Positions 1 to 8,828 of a stretch of DNA of 64,000 bases are shown one piece after another (within the stretch, counting starts at the first letter, position 1; each line of letters begins with the position of its first letter). Below the pieces are notes generated by a model. It was not told the DNA's origin and did no database searches. It saw only the letters and a program-made list of their open reading frames with translations. The stretch is taken from positions 40,254-104,253 of the forward strand of contig CAYRPC010000001.1 of NCBI GenBank assembly GCA_964425995.1. The letters are read 5' to 3'. The position numbers and the translations under genes were made by a program. The stretch comes from an uncultured Phycisphaeraceae bacterium (lineage in GTDB: Bacteria > Planctomycetota > Phycisphaerae > Phycisphaerales > UBA1924).

Positions 1-338
1 TCATCGTCATGGGCTCAACGGTCGGCCGGCACATCTCGCCTTTCAGCAGTATGTACGGCAGCACCAAGTTCGCTGCCAACTCCCTCGCGGAAGCGGCGCG
101 AAGGGAACTGGGCCCAAAGGGCATCAGGGTAACGTTGATCGAGCCAGGCTTTGTCGAGAGCGAGTTCCAGGCAGTTGCGGGCTACGAGACCAAGTGGTTC
201 GAGGAGGTCAAGACCCGTATTGGTCCAGTCCTCCAGCCGCCAGATATCGCCCGCCTGCTCTCTCATATCGTTTCGCAACCCGCGCACGTTCACCTGAGCG
301 ATGTCCTCATCCGCCCGACCCGCCAGGATTATCCATGA
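1..338 (+). CDS. short-chain dehydrogenase/reductase (SDR), C-terminal fragment; 5' end outside window
   Basis: ORF 9..338 stays open to the window edge. It has the SDR catalytic Y-x3-K (SMYGSTKFA) and the following IRVTLIEPGFVES segment typical of classical SDRs. The Rossmann N-terminus is not in the window. Confidence 0.8.
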   Translation, partial: IVMGSTVGRHISPFSSMYGSTKFAANSLAEAARRELGPKGIRVTLIEPGFVESEFQAVAGYETKWFEEVKTRIGPVLQPPDIARLLSHIVSQPAHVHLSDVLIRPTRQDYP

Positions 339-363
339 CCACTGCCCCGTACGCCCCACAGCC

Positions 364-2301
364 ATGATCCGGATTGTGATCCCCATCCTGACTTTCCTCG
401 CCCTGATCCTGGGCCTCACTGCCTTTGACCGCCCGGGCCCCAAGGCCGACTTCACATTCATCAATCGGGGAGATGTCAGCACGCTGGATCCTGCCATCAT
501 CTCATGGGTACAGGACAATCGAGTTGCTCGCATCATCTCAGAAGGTTTGACGAGATCAGACAATTTCACCGACAACTTCGAGGTCAGCCCCGCCGCAGCG
601 GAGCGATGGGATATCAGCGCGGACGGACGCACGTACACATTCCATATTCGCAAGGATGCCAAGTGGAGCAATGGCGACGATGTGAGAGCCAGCGACTGGG
701 TCTTCTCGTGGCGCCGAAGCATGCTGCCCGACCTTGCGGGCGACTACATCAAACTCTATACGATGATCGAGGGAGGCCAGCAGTTTATCGAATGGCGTAT
801 CGCCGCCATCAAGGACTTTGCCCCGCTGGCAGCCTCGATGGCAACCGACGAAGAACGCAAGGCATCGGCAGAATCGCTCTGGGAAGACACCCTCGCAAAG
901 TTCGACGAACTCGTGCAACTCAAGTCGCTTGACGACAAGACGCTCCGCATCACGCTGGTGCGTCCAACATCGTACTTTCTCGATCTCATGGGCTTCCCGC
1001 CCATGTTCCCCGTCTATCCCCCGCTGGTACGAGGCTTCGAGAGCATCGATCCACGCACGGGCCTGCTCAAGAGCCGCCCCGACTGGACCAAGCCGCCCCA
1101 GTCAATTACCAACGGCCCATTCAAACTCACGCAGTGGCGCTTCAAGCGTGACATGCAGTTCGAACAGAACCCCCACTACTGGAATCGTGCCGCCCTCAAC
1201 ATCCGCACGATCGCGATTCCCAGTGTCCAGGATGCCAACGCGAGTGTGCTCGCATTCCGCACCGGCGCTGTCGACTGGGTGAGCGACGTGGTGCCAACCT
1301 ACCGAATGGAAATGCTGCGTGAGAAGCAGGAGTTCTACGCCCAGCACGCCCAGCAAATCACCCAACTGCGGGCCCAGGGGCTTGATCCCATAGAGATAGA
1401 CCGCCAACTTCCTCCCGATCCTCGCAACACCATCCACGTCTTCCCAGCGTTCGGCACATACTTCTACAACTTCAACTGCAACTCCAAACTCGCTGATGGT
1501 CGCCCCAATCCGCTCGCCGACACACGCGTCCGCAAGGCCCTCGCGCTCAGCGTCGACAAGCAGGCAGTCACCCAGAACATCCGCCAGGTCGGCGAGCCAG
1601 TTGCCAGCGTCATCGTGCCGCGAGGCTCGCTCGCGGGCTATCAATCACCCGACGGCTTAGGACGCGACATCGCGGCTGCCCGCGACCTGCTCACTGCCGC
1701 AGGATATCCCAACGGTAAGGGCCTCTCCATCGAGATCATCTTCAACAAGGACGCCGGGCACGACTTGATCGCGCAGGTCATCGCTAAGGACTGGGAACGA
1801 GAACTAGGCATCGAAGTTCGCCTCTCGCAGGTTGAAATCAAAGTCTTCCGCGAACGCCTGAAAAACGCCGACTACATGGTCTCCCGTGCCGCCTGGTTTG
1901 GCGACTATGGCGATCCCACAACTTTCCTGAACCTGAATCGCACTGGCGACGGCAACAACGATCGAAAGTATTCAAGTGCCGCCTACGACGCGCTGCTCGA
2001 CCAGGCCGAACTCGCGGCTTCAACTGAGGATCGCCTGCGAATGCTTGCCGATGCGGAGCGCATCATCGTCGAGCAGGACCTCCCGCTCATCCCGATCTTC
2101 CAGTACGTCCAACTTTACCTCTTTGACCCCCATCGCACCACCGGCATTTCAAGCCACCCGCGCATGGAGCAGCAGATTCATCGCGTCGACTTGCTCGACG
2201 ATGCCATCGGAACCAACGTTCCCCTCATGATGCGCCGGGGCGACAACACCAAGGGTGGATTCCGCTTGCAAAGCATCGACAACCAACAGTCAGGTCGCTG
2301 A
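364..2301 (+). CDS. ABC-transporter substrate-binding protein, family 5 (OppA/DppA-like)
   Basis: Track ORF 301..2301. Start moved to ATG 364 so the protein begins with a signal/anchor helix (MIRIVIPILTFLALILGLTAF). About 645 aa with a family-5 SBP layout (early STLDPA, NPHYWN, C-terminal IPIFQY), recognised by eye. No permease or ATPase genes adjacent. Confidence 0.75.
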   Translation: MIRIVIPILTFLALILGLTAFDRPGPKADFTFINRGDVSTLDPAIISWVQDNRVARIISEGLTRSDNFTDNFEVSPAAAERWDISADGRTYTFHIRKDAKWSNGDDVRASDWVFSWRRSMLPDLAGDYIKLYTMIEGGQQFIEWRIAAIKDFAPLAASMATDEERKASAESLWEDTLAKFDELVQLKSLDDKTLRITLVRPTSYFLDLMGFPPMFPVYPPLVRGFESIDPRTGLLKSRPDWTKPPQSITNGPFKLTQWRFKRDMQFEQNPHYWNRAALNIRTIAIPSVQDANASVLAFRTGAVDWVSDVVPTYRMEMLREKQEFYAQHAQQITQLRAQGLDPIEIDRQLPPDPRNTIHVFPAFGTYFYNFNCNSKLADGRPNPLADTRVRKALALSVDKQAVTQNIRQVGEPVASVIVPRGSLAGYQSPDGLGRDIAAARDLLTAAGYPNGKGLSIEIIFNKDAGHDLIAQVIAKDWERELGIEVRLSQVEIKVFRERLKNADYMVSRAAWFGDYGDPTTFLNLNRTGDGNNDRKYSSAAYDALLDQAELAASTEDRLRMLADAERIIVEQDLPLIPIFQYVQLYLFDPHRTTGISSHPRMEQQIHRVDLLDDAIGTNVPLMMRRGDNTKGGFRLQSIDNQQSGR

Positions 2302-3006
2302 GCCCTCGGACGCATCCGGAGCCGCACGCTTGTTGGCGGCGAGCTTGATCCACTCGTGCTCCGCGAACGCAACGATGCCGCGGGCGGTCGCAAACCGAAC
2401 CAGTTCCGCCCGCCCCTTGAAGTCCATTTTGTGGCTGATCGATGCGAGGTGATTCTCAACCGTCTTGATCGAGCGAAAGAGCCTCTGTGCAACTTCATCG
2501 CTTGTCATCCCAAGCGCGGCGTAGTACAGCACCTCCAACTCACGCCGCGTCAACTTGTCGAGCTTGTCAAAGTGCGGAGTACTGGTGACTTTCAAGTGGT
2601 CATAGTCAATCGTGTCGACCTCTCGCTCGCCAAAGGCACGGGTAAGGATGATGAACGCACCCTCGCATCCGAAGGCCGCTGGATCAAGCCGCCAGACCGC
2701 CGTCATGTATCGACGATCATTCCAGACCTGGAAGTACGCGCCTGGATAGCCCGTCTCGAGAATCTGCATCATCAGGTCGATCCGCTCGCGCGCCGCCTCC
2801 ACAGCCATGATTTCCTCGAGCGTCGTCCCCAGCAACTGCTCGCACGTTCGGCCAACCGTGCGCCCGTACTCCTCGTTGCACCACAGCAGTCGCGTTCTCA
2901 AGTCTCTTGCCAACGCACAGACGAGCGGGTAGCCATCAAACGGCGCGAACATTTCGGGTGACATCACCCGCGCAGGAACTCTCATGGTCATCGCCCGATG
3001 GTCCAT
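2290..3006 (-). CDS. PAS-like / LuxR-type HTH transcriptional regulator (paralogue A, no receiver domain)
   Basis: Track ORF 2290..3054. The ATG at 3006-3004 overlaps the TGA (3008-3006) of the upstream paralogue (TGATG on the minus strand). C-terminal LuxR/FixJ-type HTH (LTRRELEVLYYAALGMTSDEVAQRLFRSIKTVENHLASISHKM). The N-terminal ~130 aa is PAS-like by eye. Confidence 0.8.
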   Translation of the reverse strand: MDHRAMTMRVPARVMSPEMFAPFDGYPLVCALARDLRTRLLWCNEEYGRTVGRTCEQLLGTTLEEIMAVEAARERIDLMMQILETGYPGAYFQVWNDRRYMTAVWRLDPAAFGCEGAFIILTRAFGEREVDTIDYDHLKVTSTPHFDKLDKLTRRELEVLYYAALGMTSDEVAQRLFRSIKTVENHLASISHKMDFKGRAELVRFATARGIVAFAEHEWIKLAANKRAAPDASEGSAT

Positions 3007-3761
3007 CACGAACGCTCCCGACCATCGGCCTTGCGTGCCGCAATTCGCGACCATTCGCTCTCGGCAAAGCCCAGGATTCCACGCTCGACCGCGAATCGAA
3101 CCAGCTCGGTGCGCCGCTGATATCCCATCTTGTCCATGATGGACGCGATGTGATTCTCGACCGTCTTGCTCGCGCGATGGATGTGCTTGGCTATGTCCTC
3201 CGTGCTCATACCCATCGCGGTGTGATACAGCACTTCCAACTCTCGCCGACTGAGTTTGCCCAGCAGATCAAGATGGGGTGTCGTGATGAGGCCGACATCG
3301 ACCATATCAAGCCCGGACATCTGGTTCATCGTGCTGCGAGTCATGAGCACGAACACACCATCACAGCCAAACGAGACGGGAGCAAGTCGCCAGACAGTTG
3401 TCAAATAGCGATGGTCCTGCCATACCTGGACATACCGCCCCGGTCTGCCCGAATTCCATATCTCCAGCATGTGATCCCGACGCTCGTCGGCCATTTCCTT
3501 GGTCATCAAGTCGTGCAGCGTCGTACCCTTGAGCTCCTCGACACGCTTGCCGCACATTCTCGCATATTCATCGTTGCACCAGAGAATGTGCATCCGCATA
3601 TCACGCGCAATCGCGCACACACCGGGATATCCATTGAACGGTGCGAACATGCCGGGCGAGCAGTACACCACGCCAGGCTGAGCATCCGGTGATTCGTCCG
3701 GATGATTCGCATGATGAGGAGGATTCGGACCTTTGCTCGGGATGGGCGCTGCGGTGGCCAT
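3006..3761 (-). CDS. PAS-like / LuxR-type HTH transcriptional regulator (paralogue B, no receiver domain)
   Basis: 251-aa ORF. C-terminal HTH LSRRELEVLYHTAMGMSTEDIAKHIHRASKTVENHIASIMDKM. The N-terminal module aligns with paralogue A (MFAPFNGYPGVCAIARD...LWCNDEY...VWRLAPVSFGCDG). Confidence 0.8.
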   Translation of the reverse strand: MATAAPIPSKGPNPPHHANHPDESPDAQPGVVYCSPGMFAPFNGYPGVCAIARDMRMHILWCNDEYARMCGKRVEELKGTTLHDLMTKEMADERRDHMLEIWNSGRPGRYVQVWQDHRYLTTVWRLAPVSFGCDGVFVLMTRSTMNQMSGLDMVDVGLITTPHLDLLGKLSRRELEVLYHTAMGMSTEDIAKHIHRASKTVENHIASIMDKMGYQRRTELVRFAVERGILGFAESEWSRIAARKADGRERS

Positions 3762-3901
3762 CCAGATATTCTAGGTAAAAACCCTTAGTCAAGTATGCCG
3801 AGTCACAGATTCTTGGCGTGGCTACTTGGTTTTGATGGTTATTCATCACACACTGGCCTTGCTGCCCCATAAGGGGGAAATCGCATCAGACTCAATCGAG
3901 C

Positions 3902-4909
3902 CTAATGAATACCCTCAGCCGCCAGCCACCGCTCAGCATCCAACGCGGCCATGCAGCCCATCCCGGCAGCGGTCACTGCCTGGCGATACTGGCCATCAGA
4001 AACATCGCCCGCAGCGAAGACTCCCGGGATATTGGTATAACTGTTACGTTGCTTCAGGGCAAGGTACCCGCTCTCATCAAACTCAAGTCCCGAGTCCTTG
4101 ATGAACCGCGTGGCTGGCGTGTGCCCAATGGCAATGAACAGGCCCTTGACTTCAAGCGTGCTGCGCTCACGCGTCACAGTGTCCTCGAGAAGTACCGCGC
4201 TGATCTTCTCGTGCCCGCGCTCATCAACCATCGAAAGCACATCGATAACTGCTTTGTTCCAAAGAACCTTTGCGTTGGGACGGCTCATGAAGCGTTGCTG
4301 CATGATCTTGCTGGCACGGAACGAATCTCGCCGGTGGATGATGTAGACGGCGCTGCCAAACTTGGTCAGATACGAAGCCTCTTCCATGGCCGTATCACCC
4401 CCGCCAACAACCGCGAGCGGCTGGTTGCGAAAGGCCGGGAGTGCGCCGTCACACACTGCGCACGCCGAAACGCCGCCACCAGCGCGGGCAAGTTTCATCT
4501 CGTTGGGCAGGCCAAGCCAATTGGCAGTGGCACCAGTCGCCACGATCACGCTATGGGCGAGAACCTTCTGGCCATCAGCAGTGTGCAGCGTGTGGGGTTG
4601 CTTGTTGGGCTCCTTCGAGAACTCGCAGCGGGCGATGTCATCCTCGATCACCTTCGTGCCAAAACGTTCCGCCTGCTTGCGAAACTTGTCCATCATCTCC
4701 GGGCCCATGATGCCATGCTCGAAGCCTGGATAGTTCTCAACCTCGGTAGTGAGCATCAATTGCCCGCCCGGCAGCACAGGACCGGGATCCTGCTTGGCAA
4801 CGCCGCAATAGACAACCGGGTCGAGTTGAGCGCGGGCCGCATAAATGGCCGCCGTCCATCCAGCGGGGCCGGAGCCGATGATCACGAGTTTGTGGGCTTG
4901 GGTCGACAT
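3902..4909 (-). CDS. trxB: thioredoxin-disulfide reductase
   Basis: FAD GxGxxG (IIGSGPAGWTAA), redox-active CAVCDG, NADPH fold VVGGGDTAMEEA, C-terminal FAAGDV. 335 aa. Confidence 0.95.
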   Translation of the reverse strand: MSTQAHKLVIIGSGPAGWTAAIYAARAQLDPVVYCGVAKQDPGPVLPGGQLMLTTEVENYPGFEHGIMGPEMMDKFRKQAERFGTKVIEDDIARCEFSKEPNKQPHTLHTADGQKVLAHSVIVATGATANWLGLPNEMKLARAGGGVSACAVCDGALPAFRNQPLAVVGGGDTAMEEASYLTKFGSAVYIIHRRDSFRASKIMQQRFMSRPNAKVLWNKAVIDVLSMVDERGHEKISAVLLEDTVTRERSTLEVKGLFIAIGHTPATRFIKDSGLEFDESGYLALKQRNSYTNIPGVFAAGDVSDGQYRQAVTAAGMGCMAALDAERWLAAEGIH

Positions 4910-5029
4910 GATCGGTCTTGTTGTGAACAGATACTACTGGTTTGATGCCAGCATGCGAAGTCGAGCACAGGGGAGAAAGAAAGATAATGCAAAGATTGCC
5001 GCCCGAACAAACTTCTCGCTGCAGATCGG

Positions 5030-6601
5030 CTACTCCAACTCGCCCGTATCCAACTGATGCTGACGGAACAGGCTCAGCACAGGCGGCCATATCAGGTAGT
5101 CCGCACCTTGCACGACACGCCAGGTGTTCTCGATCCTGCGAGCGCTCGCATCGGCATTGTCTGAGCCGTAGGAATACAACACAAACGAATCTCCCGTGAG
5201 CGGCACCGAGAAGTTTTCCTTGCCCGACGGCGTGTTCTCGACAATCGCTGCATCAAATGAACGAGGCACGAGATACTGCATGGGCGGCTTGGCACGATCC
5301 GGATTGAACGGATCCGCGTCAATTGCCTTCACCCAGCGCGGACGGATCGCTGTGATCAGGTTTGGTTGCGAGTTGGTCGTGGAGTACACACCCACGCAGG
5401 CCAAGGCTGTGCGCGTGCCAACGATCTCAGTCTCCACCGATTGACGCCCGCGAGCCAGCGGGGCCATGTCGGGTACCGACGAAACCAGCAACTGGAACTT
5501 GTTCTTATCGACTTCCTCGTAAGGTGTCTTGTTCCCGAGGCGTTTGTCGAAGACGTTCATCCCCCAACGAACGCGCCAGTCGGTGAACACGCCCTCGACA
5601 CGTTCCAGAATGGCTTGCGGACCCGCTGAATTTTTCGCGGCATCCCGCCACGCTGCAGCCTCGCTGAACAGTCGTAGCGGCTTGCCACCCGAACTGATCT
5701 TGGCCATCGTCGTGGCGAACAGAGCCTCGTCAAAGCCTCCCGCCTCCTTCCGCCAGACGCGGTCGATGACCTGCTTGGCAGCGACCTCCGCCCCCGCGGG
5801 CATTTCTATGCGCGAAATCTTGAAGTAGCCCGCAGGATCGAGCCGGTCGATCTGATTGGCGAGGGCTTTGAGATCAAAACTTCGCTTCTCGACCACAGCG
5901 CGATACGCCACGTCGCGCGTCCGCTCCATCGAACGGATCAGCGCTTCCATGCCCCATGTCGCTTCACGAATCAGGGCCCGATCGCACATCTGACGCGACA
6001 GATGGGAGAAGGCCAGCAGCACGTCAATGGCAGAGTTGACCTTATTGTCGGCCAACAGACGTGTCGCTTCGACATTGGCCAGTATCTCAAGCCGATCCAT
6101 TCCAAACAAGTACAAAAGTTGAGCCGCAGCGAGCGTGGGCGGATCGCCCAGATTCACATACATCTCAGCCCGAATCAACTCGGGCGAAACGCCTTCGAAG
6201 CCATAGGACAAGCCAAACTCAAAGGCCTGACGGAAGTCCCTCTCAGCACCAACGAGGAGCAGGGCCTTGATGGCCTCCTGCTGTGGCCCGCCAGTCGCCC
6301 ACGCCGCCGCTGGCTCCCAGCCCTTCATCCCCGACTGGAGCAGGCGGGCCTGCTGGAGCGATTGGACGCTCGCGGGCGGTGGAGCAAGTTTGGCAAGCAA
6401 GGGCAGTAGGACCAAGTCCGACCGCTTCGCCAGAGCGATGTCCCCATAGCTCTTCTGATTCAAGTCCGAAACCACATCGCCATGTGCGGTCTGCCCGCAC
6501 ACAGCAAACGACAAGCAGCAGACCGCAACCATCCCGATGTTTCGCAAACCACAGTGCATGGGTCGATGGTATCGCCTTTGCCGGACCAAAGGGCGAGACA
6601 C
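5030..6601 (-). CDS. secreted protein of unknown function
   Basis: 523-aa ORF 53 nt downstream of the asnB-like gene on the same strand. N-terminal signal-like stretch (IGMVAVCCLSFAVCGQTAHG). No recognisable domain. The start could also be an internal Met (6559 or 6532). Confidence 0.55.
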   Translation of the reverse strand: MSRPLVRQRRYHRPMHCGLRNIGMVAVCCLSFAVCGQTAHGDVVSDLNQKSYGDIALAKRSDLVLLPLLAKLAPPPASVQSLQQARLLQSGMKGWEPAAAWATGGPQQEAIKALLLVGAERDFRQAFEFGLSYGFEGVSPELIRAEMYVNLGDPPTLAAAQLLYLFGMDRLEILANVEATRLLADNKVNSAIDVLLAFSHLSRQMCDRALIREATWGMEALIRSMERTRDVAYRAVVEKRSFDLKALANQIDRLDPAGYFKISRIEMPAGAEVAAKQVIDRVWRKEAGGFDEALFATTMAKISSGGKPLRLFSEAAAWRDAAKNSAGPQAILERVEGVFTDWRVRWGMNVFDKRLGNKTPYEEVDKNKFQLLVSSVPDMAPLARGRQSVETEIVGTRTALACVGVYSTTNSQPNLITAIRPRWVKAIDADPFNPDRAKPPMQYLVPRSFDAAIVENTPSGKENFSVPLTGDSFVLYSYGSDNADASARRIENTWRVVQGADYLIWPPVLSLFRQHQLDTGELE

Positions 6602-6654
6602 AGTTCAGGGAATACAGACACAGACCCCGGACACCGCCAATGCCGCCAATAGGC

Positions 6655-8718
6655 CTACCGAACAGACTGATTTCGCCTTATTCGCTGGTACCAGCGACAC
6701 CAGATTGCCATGACCAGCAAGACGTACAGGCGCTGGGCATGATCGCGCGTTCCGCTCATGTGCTGGTCAAATATTTGGCGGATGTAGGTTCGATCCAGTT
6801 GCGTTCCAAGCAGTTCAATCGGGAATGGATCGCTCGAGGCGATGACCAAATCTCCCAACAGCGTTCGCATGCCGCCAAAGTCTTCGCGAAACCACTCGGT
6901 GAGCGGAATCGCAAAGCCCATCTTGGGACGATCAACGATGGAACGGGGCACGTGCTTTCTGGCCACCGCCCGCAAAAGACCCTTCCGCTCTCCGCCCGGC
7001 ATAAGACTCTCGATCGTCGCCGACCGCGCCAGCGCAGAGACATGCGAGTCTAGAAATGGTGCCCGAACTTCCAACGCCCATCGCATCGACGCGGTATCGG
7101 CCTTGACCAACAGGTCGTGTGGCAGGTATCGCTTTAGATCATGTTCGAGCGCACGCGAGACGGCCATCCCCCTTGACTTGGCTGGTGATGTGACGCTCTC
7201 ATGCGTATTGACAGCGTGATGCACCAGGCCAAATGCAGTGTGTTTGGGAATATTCTCACTGCCCAACGCCCCTTTATGTCCGGCCAGACGCAACATCTGC
7301 TCATCATCAAAAATCGCCGCCAACTCGCTCGCCCCGCGCATGCTCCTTGCCGCATGAGCCAGCCGACCCAATCGCTCGAGGCGCGATCGAGGATTGCCAT
7401 TTCGCAAGAGCCACTGCGGCATCAACGCCAGCAGCCCGCCCCATCGCGCCAGCAACGCCGCAGCACGATGGCGGTCATACCCCGCGAACAGTTCATCCCC
7501 GCCATCGCCCGACAACGCGATGCCGACTTCATCCCGTGTCGCACGCGCGAGCCACGATGTTGGTAGCAATGAACTATCCGCGAACGGCACGCCCAGCCCT
7601 TCAATAAGATCGACAAGGTCCTCTGCGGGCCTGGGTGAAACATCAAGGGTGACATGGCGGAGTCCTAAGTATCTTGCGACCTGCTCCGCAAAGCCAGATT
7701 CGTCATACGCATGCGAGGGCATGCGCATGCAGAACGTCCGCACGTCCTTGGAATATCGCGCCGCGAGAGCCGCGATCAGCGATGAATCAACGCCGCCCGA
7801 AAGAAAGCAGCCCACCTCGTCATCAGCCTCCTCCAGCCGCTTCGCGACGCTTGCTTCAAGGGCTGCTTCCACCTCGCCCGCTGTCAACGTTCTGGTTCGT
7901 TCCTTGAACCCACCCGCTTCTGGTTTGGAGAGAGCAGCCAGCCCAACCTGCGTCCATGTGACTGGCGGCGTGGGCATGCGTGAAGTCTCGAAAGTACAAG
8001 TGCCAATCTCCAGCGACCGCACCGCCCCAACCTGTTCGCCCGTTCCACTCTTGATCCAATCTCGCATGCTCCATTCGGGAGGAGAGAACTCCACGTGCTG
8101 CTGAGTAGTTACCTCGCTCAATCGGAGCAAGCCAGCAGGGCATGACGCGAAGGCTCTGGCTTCGGGTCCTAAGAATTCGCGTCCGGCCTGCGTCCAAACT
8201 TGCCACAGCGGCTTCTCACCAAACGCATCGCGAGCACATGTCAGTTCACCCGACTGCCTGTCCCAGATCGCAACCGCAAACATCCCTTCCAACTTCGGAA
8301 CCAGCCCATTTCCCCACTGCTTCCACCCGTGCAGCAACACTTCCGTATCGCTGTGGTCGCTCTGAAACCGCGCACCCAGCACCTCCAACTCCTCGCGCAA
8401 CTCTCGATGGTTGTAAATGCAACCATTGAAGACTACAGCAACTTGATCCGCCGCGCCCGCTTCTTCACGTCTCAGCAACATGGGCTGGTGGCCATCACGC
8501 CGATCAATGATCGCCAATCGCCGATGCACCAAGGCAACATCAACCGTCCTGCCGTCACTGCGCAGCACACGATCCCGAAACCGCCCATTTCCATCAGGCC
8601 CGCGATGCTTGATCGAATCGTCGAGGACATCAAGCCACGTCTCCGGGATGCTCTCCTCGCGCGCGGGCACGGGTATACCCGAAGGGAACGTCCGCAGGAT
8701 GCCGGCGATGCCGCACAT
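6655..8718 (-). CDS. asnB: asparagine synthase (glutamine-hydrolysing)-family amidotransferase
   Basis: Track ORF runs to 8853. Start set at ATG 8718, giving MCGIAG (Ntn-amidotransferase catalytic Cys2). Synthetase-domain PP-loop SGGVDSS. 687 aa. Confidence 0.88.
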   Translation of the reverse strand: MCGIAGILRTFPSGIPVPAREESIPETWLDVLDDSIKHRGPDGNGRFRDRVLRSDGRTVDVALVHRRLAIIDRRDGHQPMLLRREEAGAADQVAVVFNGCIYNHRELREELEVLGARFQSDHSDTEVLLHGWKQWGNGLVPKLEGMFAVAIWDRQSGELTCARDAFGEKPLWQVWTQAGREFLGPEARAFASCPAGLLRLSEVTTQQHVEFSPPEWSMRDWIKSGTGEQVGAVRSLEIGTCTFETSRMPTPPVTWTQVGLAALSKPEAGGFKERTRTLTAGEVEAALEASVAKRLEEADDEVGCFLSGGVDSSLIAALAARYSKDVRTFCMRMPSHAYDESGFAEQVARYLGLRHVTLDVSPRPAEDLVDLIEGLGVPFADSSLLPTSWLARATRDEVGIALSGDGGDELFAGYDRHRAAALLARWGGLLALMPQWLLRNGNPRSRLERLGRLAHAARSMRGASELAAIFDDEQMLRLAGHKGALGSENIPKHTAFGLVHHAVNTHESVTSPAKSRGMAVSRALEHDLKRYLPHDLLVKADTASMRWALEVRAPFLDSHVSALARSATIESLMPGGERKGLLRAVARKHVPRSIVDRPKMGFAIPLTEWFREDFGGMRTLLGDLVIASSDPFPIELLGTQLDRTYIRQIFDQHMSGTRDHAQRLYVLLVMAIWCRWYQRIRRNQSVR

Positions 8719-8828
8719 AGCAATGTTGTAGGCCCGGCGTGTCGCTGGGCAGAAATTGTCAGCCACAAGAAAGAGTAAATGCCCAGCAAGACGCAGGACT
8801 ACACGACTCAAGACTACAAGAGTCAGAA

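Noticed and set aside
364-2301. Solitary ABC components (SBP 364..2301, ATPase 31900..32634, ABC-2 permease at 63531..) considered as remnants of a disrupted transporter or pseudogenisation.
   Set aside because: All three ORFs are intact and belong to different ABC families. Unlinked ABC components are common, and there are no frameshifts or truncations other than the window edge.
3768-3792. TTGACT and TAGAAT hexamers (minus strand) just upstream of LuxR paralogue B. The TAGAAT ends 6 nt before the ATG, which would imply a leaderless mRNA.
   Set aside because: The spacer between the hexamers is only 13 nt, well short of about 17. The promoter consensus of this lineage is unknown to me, so this cannot be supported without TSS data.
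6655-8718. The asparagine-synthase homologue considered as a lasso-peptide cyclase (McjC-like), with nearby unknown genes as a RiPP cluster.
   Set aside because: It retains the N-terminal catalytic Cys (MCGIAG) of true glutamine amidotransferases. No transglutaminase-like B protein, no RRE and no plausible short precursor are adjacent.
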